Source: a virus (taxonomy: Duplodnaviria > Caudoviricetes). Taken from it: DNA of 49,635 nucleotides. How positions within the stretch are numbered: the stretch's first letter is position 1; every line of letters begins with the position of its first letter. The notes beneath the pieces are model-generated. The model was not told the DNA's origin. It made no database searches and saw only the letters and a list, made by a program, of their open reading frames with translations. The DNA lies in IMG/VR virus record IMGVR_UViG_3300025120_014607, positions 1 through 49,635 of that record. One strand, written 5' to 3'. Of the stretch, positions 10,390 to 19,962 are shown in pieces. A program made the position numbers and the translations under genes.

Positions 10390-10703
10390 TATTTTATATC
10401 TATTTTTTTTGCCTTCGCAATTGCTTTTTTAGGCAGAGTTATTTTTAAAAGACCATTCTTCAATGAAGCAGAGATATGATCCTCTGCTACTAAATCATAC
10501 AAGAATAACTGGTATGATTTTTGTCTTTCTTCAGTTTTAGCATCTACCGTTAGGATATTATCTGTTACTTTAATATCTATGTCTTTCTTACAGAATCCAG
10601 CTAATTCGAATTCTGCCGCATATACATCTCCCGAGTCTTTGACTGGGTGAGTTTTAGTAGTTTTGTTAATATCATTGAGGATGTTGTTGATTAATGTATT
10701 CAT
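10389..10703 (-). CDS. Small heat shock protein (Hsp20 / alpha-crystallin)
   Basis: ELAGFCKKDIDIKVTDNILTV and ISASLKNGLLKITLPK motifs; C-terminal IDI (IxI) motif. Confidence 0.9.
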   Translation of the reverse strand: MNTLINNILNDINKTTKTHPVKDSGDVYAAEFELAGFCKKDIDIKVTDNILTVDAKTEERQKSYQLFLYDLVAEDHISASLKNGLLKITLPKKAIAKAKKIDIK

Positions 10704-10731
10704 ACTTTTCTATAACATTTATCATGCCATT

Positions 10732-11814
10732 TTATTTTTCGTTGAAAACAAGGGATAAAATAGCTTCTGTAGTTTTTTTGTATGTCATATTGTCTCCCAT
10801 TTTGACACCCTCTGTGTTAATTTGTCCTACTTTAGATTCAGCTTTTTCCATAGCGGAGACAGCTTCATCTTCAGACCATGTATAAAAAACGCCATTGTTG
10901 AAATCATTTTGCTTAGTAAAAAACACTCCGTCTTCACAGGGTGTTGTGCCAGATGATTCAATCAAAATTGAGTTATCTTCAGTCGCCCAATCTTTATGAG
11001 ATGTTTCATTTAAAACTATACTCCACTTGCCTAAACAAGTAGCATTGAAAGCTGGGATGTTCCAGCCCTCCCCTCCAGATAGACCTGTAAGATCAATATC
11101 TATAGCATTTAAAAATTCATTCACTTCAGAATTTTTAGCTAATCTGGGGATAATGTTGAGATTATTATAGTTTACACCTTGTGTAACGTCATTCCATACC
11201 CCTTGCATTTGATCTTGATTTAAAAAAGGATTGCTTACACAACATGAAAGTTGATATTTAGAATCATTTCCATACTTTTTCAACCAAGTTTGTATAATCT
11301 TTTTAGTATGTTTCCTATTCTCATACTTACCCATAAGGCCGAAATGAATAACATCTTTTAGATACTCTTTCCCAGTGATATGGAAATCTTCATCAAAACC
11401 AAGAGGGACAAACTTAGTGTTTTCTAGACCTTTTTCTTTGAAAGCGTTTTCCGCATATCTAGAAGAAAAAATAACATTGTCTTGTAGCGAAGCTATTTTT
11501 ATCTCTAAGTCTGTTGGCTCACTACATTCATAAAATGAAAACAAATGTTGATCTTTTGTCTTTCTATTTTCAGAACCATTTAAATGCCATAGTTTAAATG
11601 TAGGAGTATTCTTATCAAGCAATTTCCACCTATTATTAATGGCATCTTTAATATATCTATCAAGATCATCACTTACATCAAAAGCAGATAAATCTGGGTC
11701 ACCTGTAGGAAAGATGCCCAGATTTACGTCTAGCTTATGAAGCTCTCTGATAATGTTAAAACTAACATTACCAAAGCTTAAACTATTTAAGGGAGCTTCT
11801 AATATTAAGTTCAT
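10732..11814 (-). CDS. GT-B (GT4-like) glycosyltransferase
   Basis: VPLGFD, GKYENRK, SGGEGWNIPAFNA (EGF/WxxP nucleotide-sugar binding motif). Confidence 0.8.
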   Translation of the reverse strand: MNLILEAPLNSLSFGNVSFNIIRELHKLDVNLGIFPTGDPDLSAFDVSDDLDRYIKDAINNRWKLLDKNTPTFKLWHLNGSENRKTKDQHLFSFYECSEPTDLEIKIASLQDNVIFSSRYAENAFKEKGLENTKFVPLGFDEDFHITGKEYLKDVIHFGLMGKYENRKHTKKIIQTWLKKYGNDSKYQLSCCVSNPFLNQDQMQGVWNDVTQGVNYNNLNIIPRLAKNSEVNEFLNAIDIDLTGLSGGEGWNIPAFNATCLGKWSIVLNETSHKDWATEDNSILIESSGTTPCEDGVFFTKQNDFNNGVFYTWSEDEAVSAMEKAESKVGQINTEGVKMGDNMTYKKTTEAILSLVFNEK

Positions 11815-12192
11815 TTAAAATGGAACATCGTCTCCTTGAACATCGCTTGAGCCACTCTCGTTTGAGCTATTATCGCTATCTCCCTCGGACTTTTTAGAAC
11901 TTAAAAACTGAAGATCTTTTCCACGAACAAAGTATTTACTGAATTTTTTGCCATCTTTTTCCCAAGATGACATGCAGAGTTCTCCATTTACAATAAACTC
12001 TCTACCTTTTGACAAGTATTTTTCAGCAATTTCTGCTGTCTTGTCCCAATATTCAATATCTACAAAACACTTAGTTTTTGCATTAGATGTGGAGATACCA
12101 GCTCTTAGACTGACTACTTTTTTACCATTGTTGGTGGTTCTTACTTCTGGGTCTTTAACCAGATATGCTGCGGCTGTAATAGAATTATACAT
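11815..12192 (-). CDS. ssb: Single-stranded DNA-binding protein
   Basis: OB-fold motifs KDPEVRTTNNGK, WDKTAE..YLSKG..V.GEL; acidic tail ending DDVPF. Confidence 0.93.
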   Translation of the reverse strand: MYNSITAAAYLVKDPEVRTTNNGKKVVSLRAGISTSNAKTKCFVDIEYWDKTAEIAEKYLSKGREFIVNGELCMSSWEKDGKKFSKYFVRGKDLQFLSSKKSEGDSDNSSNESGSSDVQGDDVPF

Positions 12193-12805
12193 AATTTGCT
12201 TCTTTTTTTACTTTGTTAATAAATTTGTTGTGGATATTAATACACCCTTGGATACTTAAGTCAAGATGTTCAGCTATAGATCTCCAAGGAGTGAGTTTAT
12301 TATTAGCCGACCCATAACGCATGTCAACTATTTTTTTTACTCTTTCGTCTTCTTCTGTATCTAGACACCTTTCAAACACATCTAAAGCCTCTTCTTTGTT
12401 GATATCTCCAATAAAAGAATCACAACTAGGCTCTATGTAACTATTCTCATCGTCAATAAAATATTCTCTGTTCTTCTTTTTCTTGTTCAATGCATTAAGG
12501 CATTTCCACTTAGTCTGGTTAGCTAAGTGAGTAGAGAATTTAGTGTTCCTAGACGGATCGTAATTCAAAGCTGAATCATAAATTGTTATTTCTTTATCCT
12601 CGACGATTAAATTTTTATCCAAGACACATTGAGGACTCGACATAAAATGGTTAACCATCGTATGAAATATCCCAGAATGCCGATCTACTAAAGCTATTAG
12701 GCTTTCTTGATCGGCATTATCGTCTTGTATTTTAGAAATGAGTGTCAGATCGCTTTCCACTGAACACATTCTAGCATCTGTATTTTCTTTTTCCACAGAA
12801 ATCAA
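12185..12805 (-). CDS. Phage-encoded sigma-70-family RNA polymerase sigma factor (regions 2 and 4); start may be ATG at 12769
   Basis: Region 2 pattern ALNYDPSRNTKFSTHL; region 4 HTH RVKKIVDMRYG...WRSIAEHLDLSIQGCINIH. Confidence 0.8.
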   Translation of the reverse strand: MISVEKENTDARMCSVESDLTLISKIQDDNADQESLIALVDRHSGIFHTMVNHFMSSPQCVLDKNLIVEDKEITIYDSALNYDPSRNTKFSTHLANQTKWKCLNALNKKKKNREYFIDDENSYIEPSCDSFIGDINKEEALDVFERCLDTEEDERVKKIVDMRYGSANNKLTPWRSIAEHLDLSIQGCINIHNKFINKVKKEANYV

Positions 12806-12839
12806 AAAAAATCTGTTATTATTTATAATATATTTATAA

Positions 12840-12928
12840 AACGTATACGATACAGTAGAACGTATTACTTTATCTATAACGTAATAGCTAAGAATTACGT
12901 TTATCCCGTTTCACGGTTATTATACGTC
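12840..12928. repeat. Phased AACGTA/TACGT motifs in the divergent intergenic region
   Basis: AACGTA at 12840, 12859, 12878 (19-bp period), inverted copy TACGTT at 12896, TACGTC at 12923; next to an AT-only stretch at about 12815-12841. Confidence 0.5.
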
Positions 12929-12946
12929 TCTCCAATACTTTGTCAA
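12919..12946 (-). promoter_or_regulatory. Consensus sigma70 promoter driving the sigma/ssb/GT/Hsp20 operon
   Basis: Minus strand TTGACA (12946-12941) - 16 bp - TATAAT (12924-12919). Confidence 0.8.
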
Positions 12947-13019
12947 CAACAAAAAAAAATTCCTAAATATTGTATTTGAGCTTGCTTTAGGTCAGGACTA
13001 AGTGTAAAATCTTTTAACC

Positions 13020-13991
13020 ATGATTTTTGAAGAACAGGTATCGAGGAAGCCCGACCATTACCCTTGGGCGCAGGAGTTTATTGAGGCAATGCATAACGGT
13101 TTTTGGACCGACAAGGAGTTTAGTTTTAGCAGCGATATCCAAGATTTTAATGTCAATTTGTCAGGAGATGAAAAAGAAATGATCGTAAGGACTCTTTCTG
13201 CGATTGGACAGATCGAAGTCGCTGTAAAGAAATTTTGGAGTAAACTCGGAGATAATTTGCCTCACCCGAGCTTAACTGATTTAGGTTACGTAATGGCTAA
13301 TACTGAAGTCATTCACAATAATGCTTATGAGAGACTGTTGAACGTAATGGGATTAGAGGATGTTTTTGAGAAAAATTTAGAACTCGACTTTATCGAAGGT
13401 AGGGTGAAATATCTCCGAAAATATAATCATAAATTCTACAAGGATTCAAAAAAACAATATGTGTATTCTATTATTCTCTTCACTCTTTTTGTAGAGAATG
13501 TGTCTTTGTTCAGTCAGTTCTATATCGTCAACTGGTTTAATCGCTATCGTAACGTATTGAAGGATACTGGTCAGCAAGTAAAATATACTCGTAATGAAGA
13601 AAATATTCACGCTCTTGCTGGTATTAAAATTATTAATACTATTCGTAGTGAGTACCCCGACCTTTTCGATGACGAATTAGAAGAGAGAATTGCTAGTGAA
13701 GCTAAAGATGCTTTTGTGGCAGAAAGTAAAATTGTTGATTGGATGATCAATGGTTTTGATGAAAAAGGATTGAATGCTGACATTCTCAAAGAGTTTATCA
13801 AAAATAGAATTAATGAATCTTTGGAAAAAATCGGCTTTCATTCAGCGTTTGATGTTGACACTTCATTGTTGGAAGATACAATGTGGTTCGAAGAAGAATT
13901 GATGGGCAATAATGCCACTGATTTTTTCCACTCACGACCTGTGGAATATTCAAAAAATTCTCAAACATTTGACGCTGACGATCTTTTTTAA
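13020..13991 (+). CDS. nrdB: Ribonucleotide reductase class I beta (small) subunit
   Basis: Di-metal ligand motifs QIE, EVIH..AY, FVENVSLFSQF, EENIH. Confidence 0.95.
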   Translation: MIFEEQVSRKPDHYPWAQEFIEAMHNGFWTDKEFSFSSDIQDFNVNLSGDEKEMIVRTLSAIGQIEVAVKKFWSKLGDNLPHPSLTDLGYVMANTEVIHNNAYERLLNVMGLEDVFEKNLELDFIEGRVKYLRKYNHKFYKDSKKQYVYSIILFTLFVENVSLFSQFYIVNWFNRYRNVLKDTGQQVKYTRNEENIHALAGIKIINTIRSEYPDLFDDELEERIASEAKDAFVAESKIVDWMINGFDEKGLNADILKEFIKNRINESLEKIGFHSAFDVDTSLLEDTMWFEEELMGNNATDFFHSRPVEYSKNSQTFDADDLF

Positions 13992-15637
13992 TGAAAAAAT
14001 ATAAATGGCTTAATAAGGATGCCCGTAAATTTTTAAACAACGGTTATCTCCAAGATGGTGAAACCGCTGAAATCAGAGGTCATGATATTGCAGTAGCTGC
14101 CGAGAAGTATCTAAAAATAAAAGGCTTTGCAGAAAAGTTTGAGGATTACCTTTACAGGGGTTTTTATTCTTTATCTAGCCCTGTTTGGGCTAATTTTGGC
14201 AGAGAAAGAGGTTTGCCGATATCTTGCAATGGCGTATATATCGAAGATCGGATGGACTCCGTTTTAGATAAACAAGCCGAAGTCGGTATGCAAACCAAAC
14301 TTGGTTCAGGCACATCTGGTTATTTTGGCTCTTTGAGATCTAGGGGAGCTGATATTTCTGATGGAGGAACATCTAGTGGTCCTGTCCATTTTATGGAGCT
14401 TTTTGATAAGGTCACATCTGTCGTTTCGCAAAGCAATGTTAGAAGAGGGTCTTTTGCTGCTTACTTGCCGATAGACCACCCTGATATTTCTGAATTTCTT
14501 AGAATTAGATCAGAGGGAAATCCTATACAAGAAATGTCTTTCGCTGTCTGCATCACTGATGAGTGGATGAGATCTATGGTCGAGGGTGATAAAAAGAAAA
14601 GATCTATCTGGGGTAAGGTTATTAAGAAAAGATATGAATCTGGTTATCCATACATATTTTTCTCTGATACTGCGAACGCTAACGCCCCCAAACCCTATAA
14701 AGATAAAAAACTCAAAATCCATGCGTCTAATCTTTGTAGTGAAATATTCCTCCATTCTTCAGAGGATGAATCTTTTGTTTGTTGTTTATCCTCTCTGAAC
14801 TTACTGAAGTGGGATGAAATTGCAGATACTGATGCTGTAGAAACCTTAACTTATTTTTTAGATGCAGTGATGGAGGAGTATATCCAAAAAACAGAAGATA
14901 TCCCTTACATGAAATCTTCTCACAACTTCTCTAAAAGACAAAGAGCTTTAGGCTTGGGTGTTCTAGGTTGGCATTCTTACTTGCAATCTAAAATGATTCC
15001 CTTTGAAAGCATGGACGCTAAATTTTTAAATTCTGAAATACATAAAACTATTTCAGGCAAGTGTGATAAGGCAACAAAAGAACTAGCTGTTCTGTTTGGA
15101 GAGCCAGAACATCTAAAAGGATATGGCAAACGCAATATGACCACGATGGCTATCGCACCAACCACTTCAAGCTCTTTTATATTAGGTGCGGTATCTCCTT
15201 CTATAGAACCACTAAATAGCAACTATTTTACAAAAGACTTAGCCAAAGGAAAGTTCACTTACAAGAATCCTTATTTAGAGTCTTTACTAGAAGAGAAGAA
15301 AAAGAATACCCAGACTACTTGGAAATCTATTCTTGTCAAAGGAGGTTCCGTCCAGCACTTAAATTTTTTATCTGATGAGGAAAAAGACGTATTTAAAACG
15401 TTTGGAGAAATTTCTCAAAAAGAAGTAGTAATTCAAGCAGCTCAAAGACAAAAATTTATTGACCAAGGACAAAGCTTAAATGTTATGATATCTCCAGTAT
15501 GTCCAGCAAAACAAGTTAGTGAATTACTTATATTTGGTTGGGAACAGGGCGTAAAAAGTTTTTATTACCAAAGAAGTGCGAATCCTAGTCAAGAATTAGC
15601 GAGATCCATACTAAATTGCTCTTCCTGTGAGGGTTGA
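13991..15637 (+). CDS. nrdA: Ribonucleotide reductase class I alpha subunit, short form without ATP cone
   Basis: PISC, RRG, SNLCSEI active site, APTTSSS, C-terminal CSSCEG redox pair. Confidence 0.95.
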   Translation: MKKYKWLNKDARKFLNNGYLQDGETAEIRGHDIAVAAEKYLKIKGFAEKFEDYLYRGFYSLSSPVWANFGRERGLPISCNGVYIEDRMDSVLDKQAEVGMQTKLGSGTSGYFGSLRSRGADISDGGTSSGPVHFMELFDKVTSVVSQSNVRRGSFAAYLPIDHPDISEFLRIRSEGNPIQEMSFAVCITDEWMRSMVEGDKKKRSIWGKVIKKRYESGYPYIFFSDTANANAPKPYKDKKLKIHASNLCSEIFLHSSEDESFVCCLSSLNLLKWDEIADTDAVETLTYFLDAVMEEYIQKTEDIPYMKSSHNFSKRQRALGLGVLGWHSYLQSKMIPFESMDAKFLNSEIHKTISGKCDKATKELAVLFGEPEHLKGYGKRNMTTMAIAPTTSSSFILGAVSPSIEPLNSNYFTKDLAKGKFTYKNPYLESLLEEKKKNTQTTWKSILVKGGSVQHLNFLSDEEKDVFKTFGEISQKEVVIQAAQRQKFIDQGQSLNVMISPVCPAKQVSELLIFGWEQGVKSFYYQRSANPSQELARSILNCSSCEG

Positions 15638-15675
15638 TATTCATTTTTGATATTTAAAAGTGTAATAAATTCTTG

Positions 15676-16656
15676 ATGGAATACGACTTTTCAGACCAAG
15701 CTAAAGAATTTTTAGAAAGCCAAAGCGCTAAACGCAAAGGCCCGAGAAGTTCGGCTCAAACCTCTTCGAAACCTTCAGAGCGGAAAAAAGGATCGAAAAA
15801 GAATCCTAAAGGATCAGCGGGTGGTGATAAAAAAGCTCCATCTATTACTTTTTCTGAAAAAGTTATTACTGCTCTTAAGAATAAAGTCAAAGAACATAAC
15901 GCAAAATATTCTAAAAAAGTAACTCTTGGCCAATTAAAAAAAGTATACAGAAGGGGTTCAGGAGCATTTTCTAGTAGCCATCGTCCTGGAAAAAGTAGGG
16001 GTCAGTGGTCTATGGCTCGCGTAAATACATTTCTTAAAATGGTTCGCGGAGGTAAAGTAAAAGAATCTTATAGAGCTGCTGATGGCGACATTGCTAGGGG
16101 TAGTGAAGAATACTATAATGAGGAAGATGGAGAGGGCTATGTTGACTACAATGAGTTAGAGTTCGCTCTTTCTAAAATTGATCTTTTAAAAGCTGGTGTT
16201 TCTGAAGATGAGATGGATCAAGATATAGAAGATATCGACTACTCTGAAGCAGAAAAAAAAGCTTTAAATAAACCTTTCCGATTGCCATCTGGCTCCAAAA
16301 AAAAATTTGGAGTTTACGTAAAGAGTCCCAAAGGTAATACAGTTATGGTAAAGTTTGGTGACCCTAATATGGAAATTAAACGAGACGATCCTGATAGGCG
16401 CAGGAGTTTTAGAGCGCGTCATAAATGTGACTCAAACCCAGGACCGAAACACAAAGCTAGATATTGGTCTTGTAGATTTTGGAGTAAAAAGCCAGTGAAT
16501 AAAATGACCTCTAGTGAAGCTTTAGCTTGGGATGATGAAGAAGTATTAAGTGAGTGGGGCTGGGATGATGCTAATTTTACTGATCATAATGATTTTTTAG
16601 ACGCTTATCCATTTCTTAACGAGGTTAAGATAGTGGTTGAAGAAGAAGGTTTATAG
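15676..16656 (+). CDS. Basic/acidic mosaic phage protein of unknown function
   Basis: Two basic modules (VYRRGSGAFSSSHRPG..QWSMARVNTF; KKFGVYV..KFGDPNM..RRRSFRARHKC..ARYWSC) separated and followed by acidic tracts. Confidence 0.7.
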   Translation: MEYDFSDQAKEFLESQSAKRKGPRSSAQTSSKPSERKKGSKKNPKGSAGGDKKAPSITFSEKVITALKNKVKEHNAKYSKKVTLGQLKKVYRRGSGAFSSSHRPGKSRGQWSMARVNTFLKMVRGGKVKESYRAADGDIARGSEEYYNEEDGEGYVDYNELEFALSKIDLLKAGVSEDEMDQDIEDIDYSEAEKKALNKPFRLPSGSKKKFGVYVKSPKGNTVMVKFGDPNMEIKRDDPDRRRSFRARHKCDSNPGPKHKARYWSCRFWSKKPVNKMTSSEALAWDDEEVLSEWGWDDANFTDHNDFLDAYPFLNEVKIVVEEEGL

Positions 16657-16664
16657 GGTATAAT
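16637..16664 (+). promoter_or_regulatory. sigma70-like promoter for the glycan island
   Basis: TTGAAG (16637-16642) - 16 bp - TATAAT (16659-16664), 11 nt before ATG 16676. Confidence 0.55.
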
Positions 16665-16675
16665 CATGCATTTGC

Positions 16676-17524
16676 ATGAGAGTATTATTTATATCTGACT
16701 TCACACTAGAACAAAGACAAGGTGGCGCTCAAGTAAGCAATAAATTGCTTATCGATAAAGGTAGAGAGTTGGGTCTTGACATCAAAGAGCACCATCATAA
16801 CTCATCAGTTACTGATTTTCTGTCTTCTTATGATTTGGTAATTAATTCCAATTTGGAAGCCATCAGTAAAATATCTCCTCCTAAAATACCCTTGATTATC
16901 AAATCTCCTAATTCTGTTAGGTTGGAGCATGACTCTTGTAGTTATCTAGATAATGACACAAGGAAGCTTTTGTTTTCTAAAGCTAAAAAGAATTTTTTCT
17001 TAAGCAATTATCATTATAATTATTTTAAACATTTGTATGGAAATTACTTTCATAATGTAGAAATTGTTTACGATCCCATTGACACTTCTAAGTTCAAAAA
17101 ATCGGACCATGAAAAAACATATGATGTAGTTTATTGCGGTTATTTGCACCCCCTTAAAGGTTTGAATAACTTAATTAGGTTTGCTAATCAAAACTTAGAC
17201 AGGCAAATAGATGTTTTTGGCTGGGGAGAAATTTCTCCTCAAGGAACTTTCAAAGACTGCCCTAATATTAAATTTAATGGTGAGGTAAAATATGAAGATA
17301 TTCCTTCGATATTACAGTCATCAAAAGCTATTTTTCATCAACCGATAGTAAACGAACCATTTTGCAGAATGATAGGTGAGGCTATTTTATGTGGCGTTGA
17401 AGAAATTATAGGTGACAAATCAAAAATAGGAGCTTATTGTGAGTTTAATGATGTTGGTTATGAAAAGTTTAAAGATGGCTGCGAAAATGCTCCATCTGTA
17501 TTTTGGGAAAGGGCTTTAAAATGA
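16676..17524 (+). CDS. GT4-family glycosyltransferase
   Basis: MRVLFISD..GGA, PIDTSKF, GYLHPLKG, EPFCRMIGEA. Confidence 0.85.
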   Translation: MRVLFISDFTLEQRQGGAQVSNKLLIDKGRELGLDIKEHHHNSSVTDFLSSYDLVINSNLEAISKISPPKIPLIIKSPNSVRLEHDSCSYLDNDTRKLLFSKAKKNFFLSNYHYNYFKHLYGNYFHNVEIVYDPIDTSKFKKSDHEKTYDVVYCGYLHPLKGLNNLIRFANQNLDRQIDVFGWGEISPQGTFKDCPNIKFNGEVKYEDIPSILQSSKAIFHQPIVNEPFCRMIGEAILCGVEEIIGDKSKIGAYCEFNDVGYEKFKDGCENAPSVFWERALK

Positions 17525-18372
17525 ATTTTGTTTGTGGCACTTATTTTAAACACCAATGCGGCTTACAGTTAACAGATTATAAAAATGCCAGAGATTTTGT
17601 TTTTGTTAATTTTAAAAACGAATCTTTAGATAACAATTTTGTATTTTGTAAACCCGAGCATTTAAGCTTGTTAAGTACTTATGTAAAAATAGGGTCTGTA
17701 AGACTTCCTGATGAGTTCAATTTAGTTACGCACAACTCTGACATTAATTTTGGCGCTCAAGAGATACGTTATGTATTAGACTTATTTCCGAATATCAACA
17801 AGTGGTATACTCAAAACTTGACATTTAATCATCCTCAATTAAAACCTATTCCTATAGGAATAGCCAATCCTAAATGGTCACATGGTAATCAAACAAGGTT
17901 TCGTGAAGTCATGGAGGAGAATCAAGATAAGCAGAACCAAGTCTATGTTAATTTTAATGTTTCTACCAATCCTAGAGCCAGACATGATTGTTTAAATAAA
18001 ATATCAGATCAATACCCTTTGCAGAATAAAAGCAATTACCCAAATGCTGCTTCGATACAAGATCATGATAATTTTGTTGAGTCTACTCAAAAAGATTATT
18101 TAAGAGATATCGCAAAATCGTATTTTACAGTTTCCCCTATAGGCAATGGCTTGGATTGTCATAAAACTTGGGAAGCTATTTACATGAAAAGCATACCCAT
18201 TGTAACTCGTTGGCATGGAGTAGAAGAATTTAAAAAGCTAGGTATACCTATTTTAATTATTGATGATTGGTCTGAACTTAAAAATTTGAAATTATCTGAA
18301 GACCTTTATAATAATTTATGGGGAGATTTCAAACCATCATTAATAGATTTTAATTTTTTTAAAAATGAATAA
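17521..18372 (+). CDS. Exostosin-like (GT47-type) glycosyltransferase domain protein
   Basis: THNSD, PIPIGI, SYFTVSPIGNGLDCHKTWEAIYMKSIPIV motif; ATG at 17521 overlaps the upstream stop. Confidence 0.7.
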   Translation: MNFVCGTYFKHQCGLQLTDYKNARDFVFVNFKNESLDNNFVFCKPEHLSLLSTYVKIGSVRLPDEFNLVTHNSDINFGAQEIRYVLDLFPNINKWYTQNLTFNHPQLKPIPIGIANPKWSHGNQTRFREVMEENQDKQNQVYVNFNVSTNPRARHDCLNKISDQYPLQNKSNYPNAASIQDHDNFVESTQKDYLRDIAKSYFTVSPIGNGLDCHKTWEAIYMKSIPIVTRWHGVEEFKKLGIPILIIDDWSELKNLKLSEDLYNNLWGDFKPSLIDFNFFKNE

Positions 18373-19303
18373 CTTCAAAATAAAATTTGCTTGCCACTGG
18401 GACAGTCCAGAAGGTTTAGCTGATAGAGTAATCCGAAATTGGGGAACTCCTCCAGATGGACTAGAAATTACATCTGGTTCAAATTTTGACTATTTAATTA
18501 CATTCAATAATAGCTCTGAAATGCTTTCTGTCTCAAGAGACAAAAATATAGTATTCACTATGGAACCAAGTTGGAGCCACTGCATACAAGATGCTGTATT
18601 GGATAATAGTTTTAAAGTATTTAGCAGTGTAGGTAGATTCGCTCACAGAGATAATGTGGAAATGGCTCCCACTTTAATGTTTAGTGAAGATTCTGGAGGT
18701 TCTACACAATCGCATGTAAAACAGGCTGGAGAGGGTATAAAAACCTCTATGGAACAATACCTTTCGTACGAAAACTTCGACAAACCCAAAAAATGCTCTA
18801 TGATATTAGCTGCTCACGGAGCTATAGCTGGATCTCCAAAACACCCAGATTCTTTATATCTACAAAGAGAGAAGTTGTTAGTTAAAATTTTTGAATCAGA
18901 TTTAGATATAGATGTCTACGGTAGAGGTTGGCAGATAAATGATTCTCGCTATAAAGGTTACGCTGAATATAAAGAAGACGCACTACGCGATTATGAGTTT
19001 AGTATTGGTATAGAGAACTCTAAAGAAGATTATTATATATCAGAAAAAATAACTGACTGTTTTATGAATAATTGTGTCCCTATCTATGATGGGTGCAACT
19101 TGGCGCATGAGTTCTATAACCCAAAGTCATTTGAAAAAATTGATGTAGGGAGTGGATCTGTTATAGAAGATATCAGAAATATAATTGAAGGTTCTAACAA
19201 AAAATATATAGATTACGTAAAGGAATCTAAAATTAAATACTTTACTGACTATAATATTTATTCTTATTTAGAAAGATGCATTCCATTCAAAAAATCTTCG
19301 TAA
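18365..19303 (+). CDS. GT10 (alpha-1,3/4-fucosyltransferase-like) glycosyltransferase
   Basis: MEP motif and GT10 signature YEFSIGIENSKEDYYISEKITDCF..CVPIYDG. Confidence 0.85.
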   Translation: MNNFKIKFACHWDSPEGLADRVIRNWGTPPDGLEITSGSNFDYLITFNNSSEMLSVSRDKNIVFTMEPSWSHCIQDAVLDNSFKVFSSVGRFAHRDNVEMAPTLMFSEDSGGSTQSHVKQAGEGIKTSMEQYLSYENFDKPKKCSMILAAHGAIAGSPKHPDSLYLQREKLLVKIFESDLDIDVYGRGWQINDSRYKGYAEYKEDALRDYEFSIGIENSKEDYYISEKITDCFMNNCVPIYDGCNLAHEFYNPKSFEKIDVGSGSVIEDIRNIIEGSNKKYIDYVKESKIKYFTDYNIYSYLERCIPFKKSS

Positions 19304-19962
19304 TTCATTATACGAAACTAAAAGACAGGAAAGCGCACATGTTGAGTGAGCTTAGTTCTTGGTTTCCTGATATTGATTATGAGTTTATAGAAGAGTTCGA
19401 TCAAGAAGATCTAACAGATGAGATTATAAACGAAAATTTTGATTTACAAGATTTCGAAAAAAAATTCGAAAGACAAATGCTTAGATCTGAAATGTCTTTA
19501 TGTATGAAATACAAAGAGGCTGTAAATAAAATATCCAATATGGACGAAGGTGAAGAGTTTTTCATTTTAGAAGATGATGTTATCTTCAAAGAAAGTCCAT
19601 TGACCTATGTAGATGCAATGAATAATATGTGCGCTGATAATAATATTAATTATGACTGCGTTTTTTTAGGCGAAGCATGGATAAGGAAAGGTGATAATAG
19701 AGATATTTTCGGCAAAAAAGAACATCCAGCTACAAACGGACTCTGCACGGTCCTTTATAAAAAAAACTCTATAAAAAGACTCAATACTCTTCTCCAAAAA
19801 ACAAAAATAACCCAACCGATGGATTGGGAACTAAACGACAAATTTAAAGATTTGGATTTTCAAGTTTATTGGGGCAAAGCTTTAACTAAACATGGGAGCG
19901 TTTTAGCCGCAGAGGATGATAATTTTAAATTACTGAAATCAACTCTTAGAGAAAAATATTAA
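19276..19962 (+). CDS. GT25-family glycosyltransferase
   Basis: IFVIH...DRK..M, SEMSLCMK, ILEDDVIF, PMDW. Confidence 0.8.
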   Translation: MHSIQKIFVIHYTKLKDRKAHMLSELSSWFPDIDYEFIEEFDQEDLTDEIINENFDLQDFEKKFERQMLRSEMSLCMKYKEAVNKISNMDEGEEFFILEDDVIFKESPLTYVDAMNNMCADNNINYDCVFLGEAWIRKGDNRDIFGKKEHPATNGLCTVLYKKNSIKRLNTLLQKTKITQPMDWELNDKFKDLDFQVYWGKALTKHGSVLAAEDDNFKLLKSTLREKY

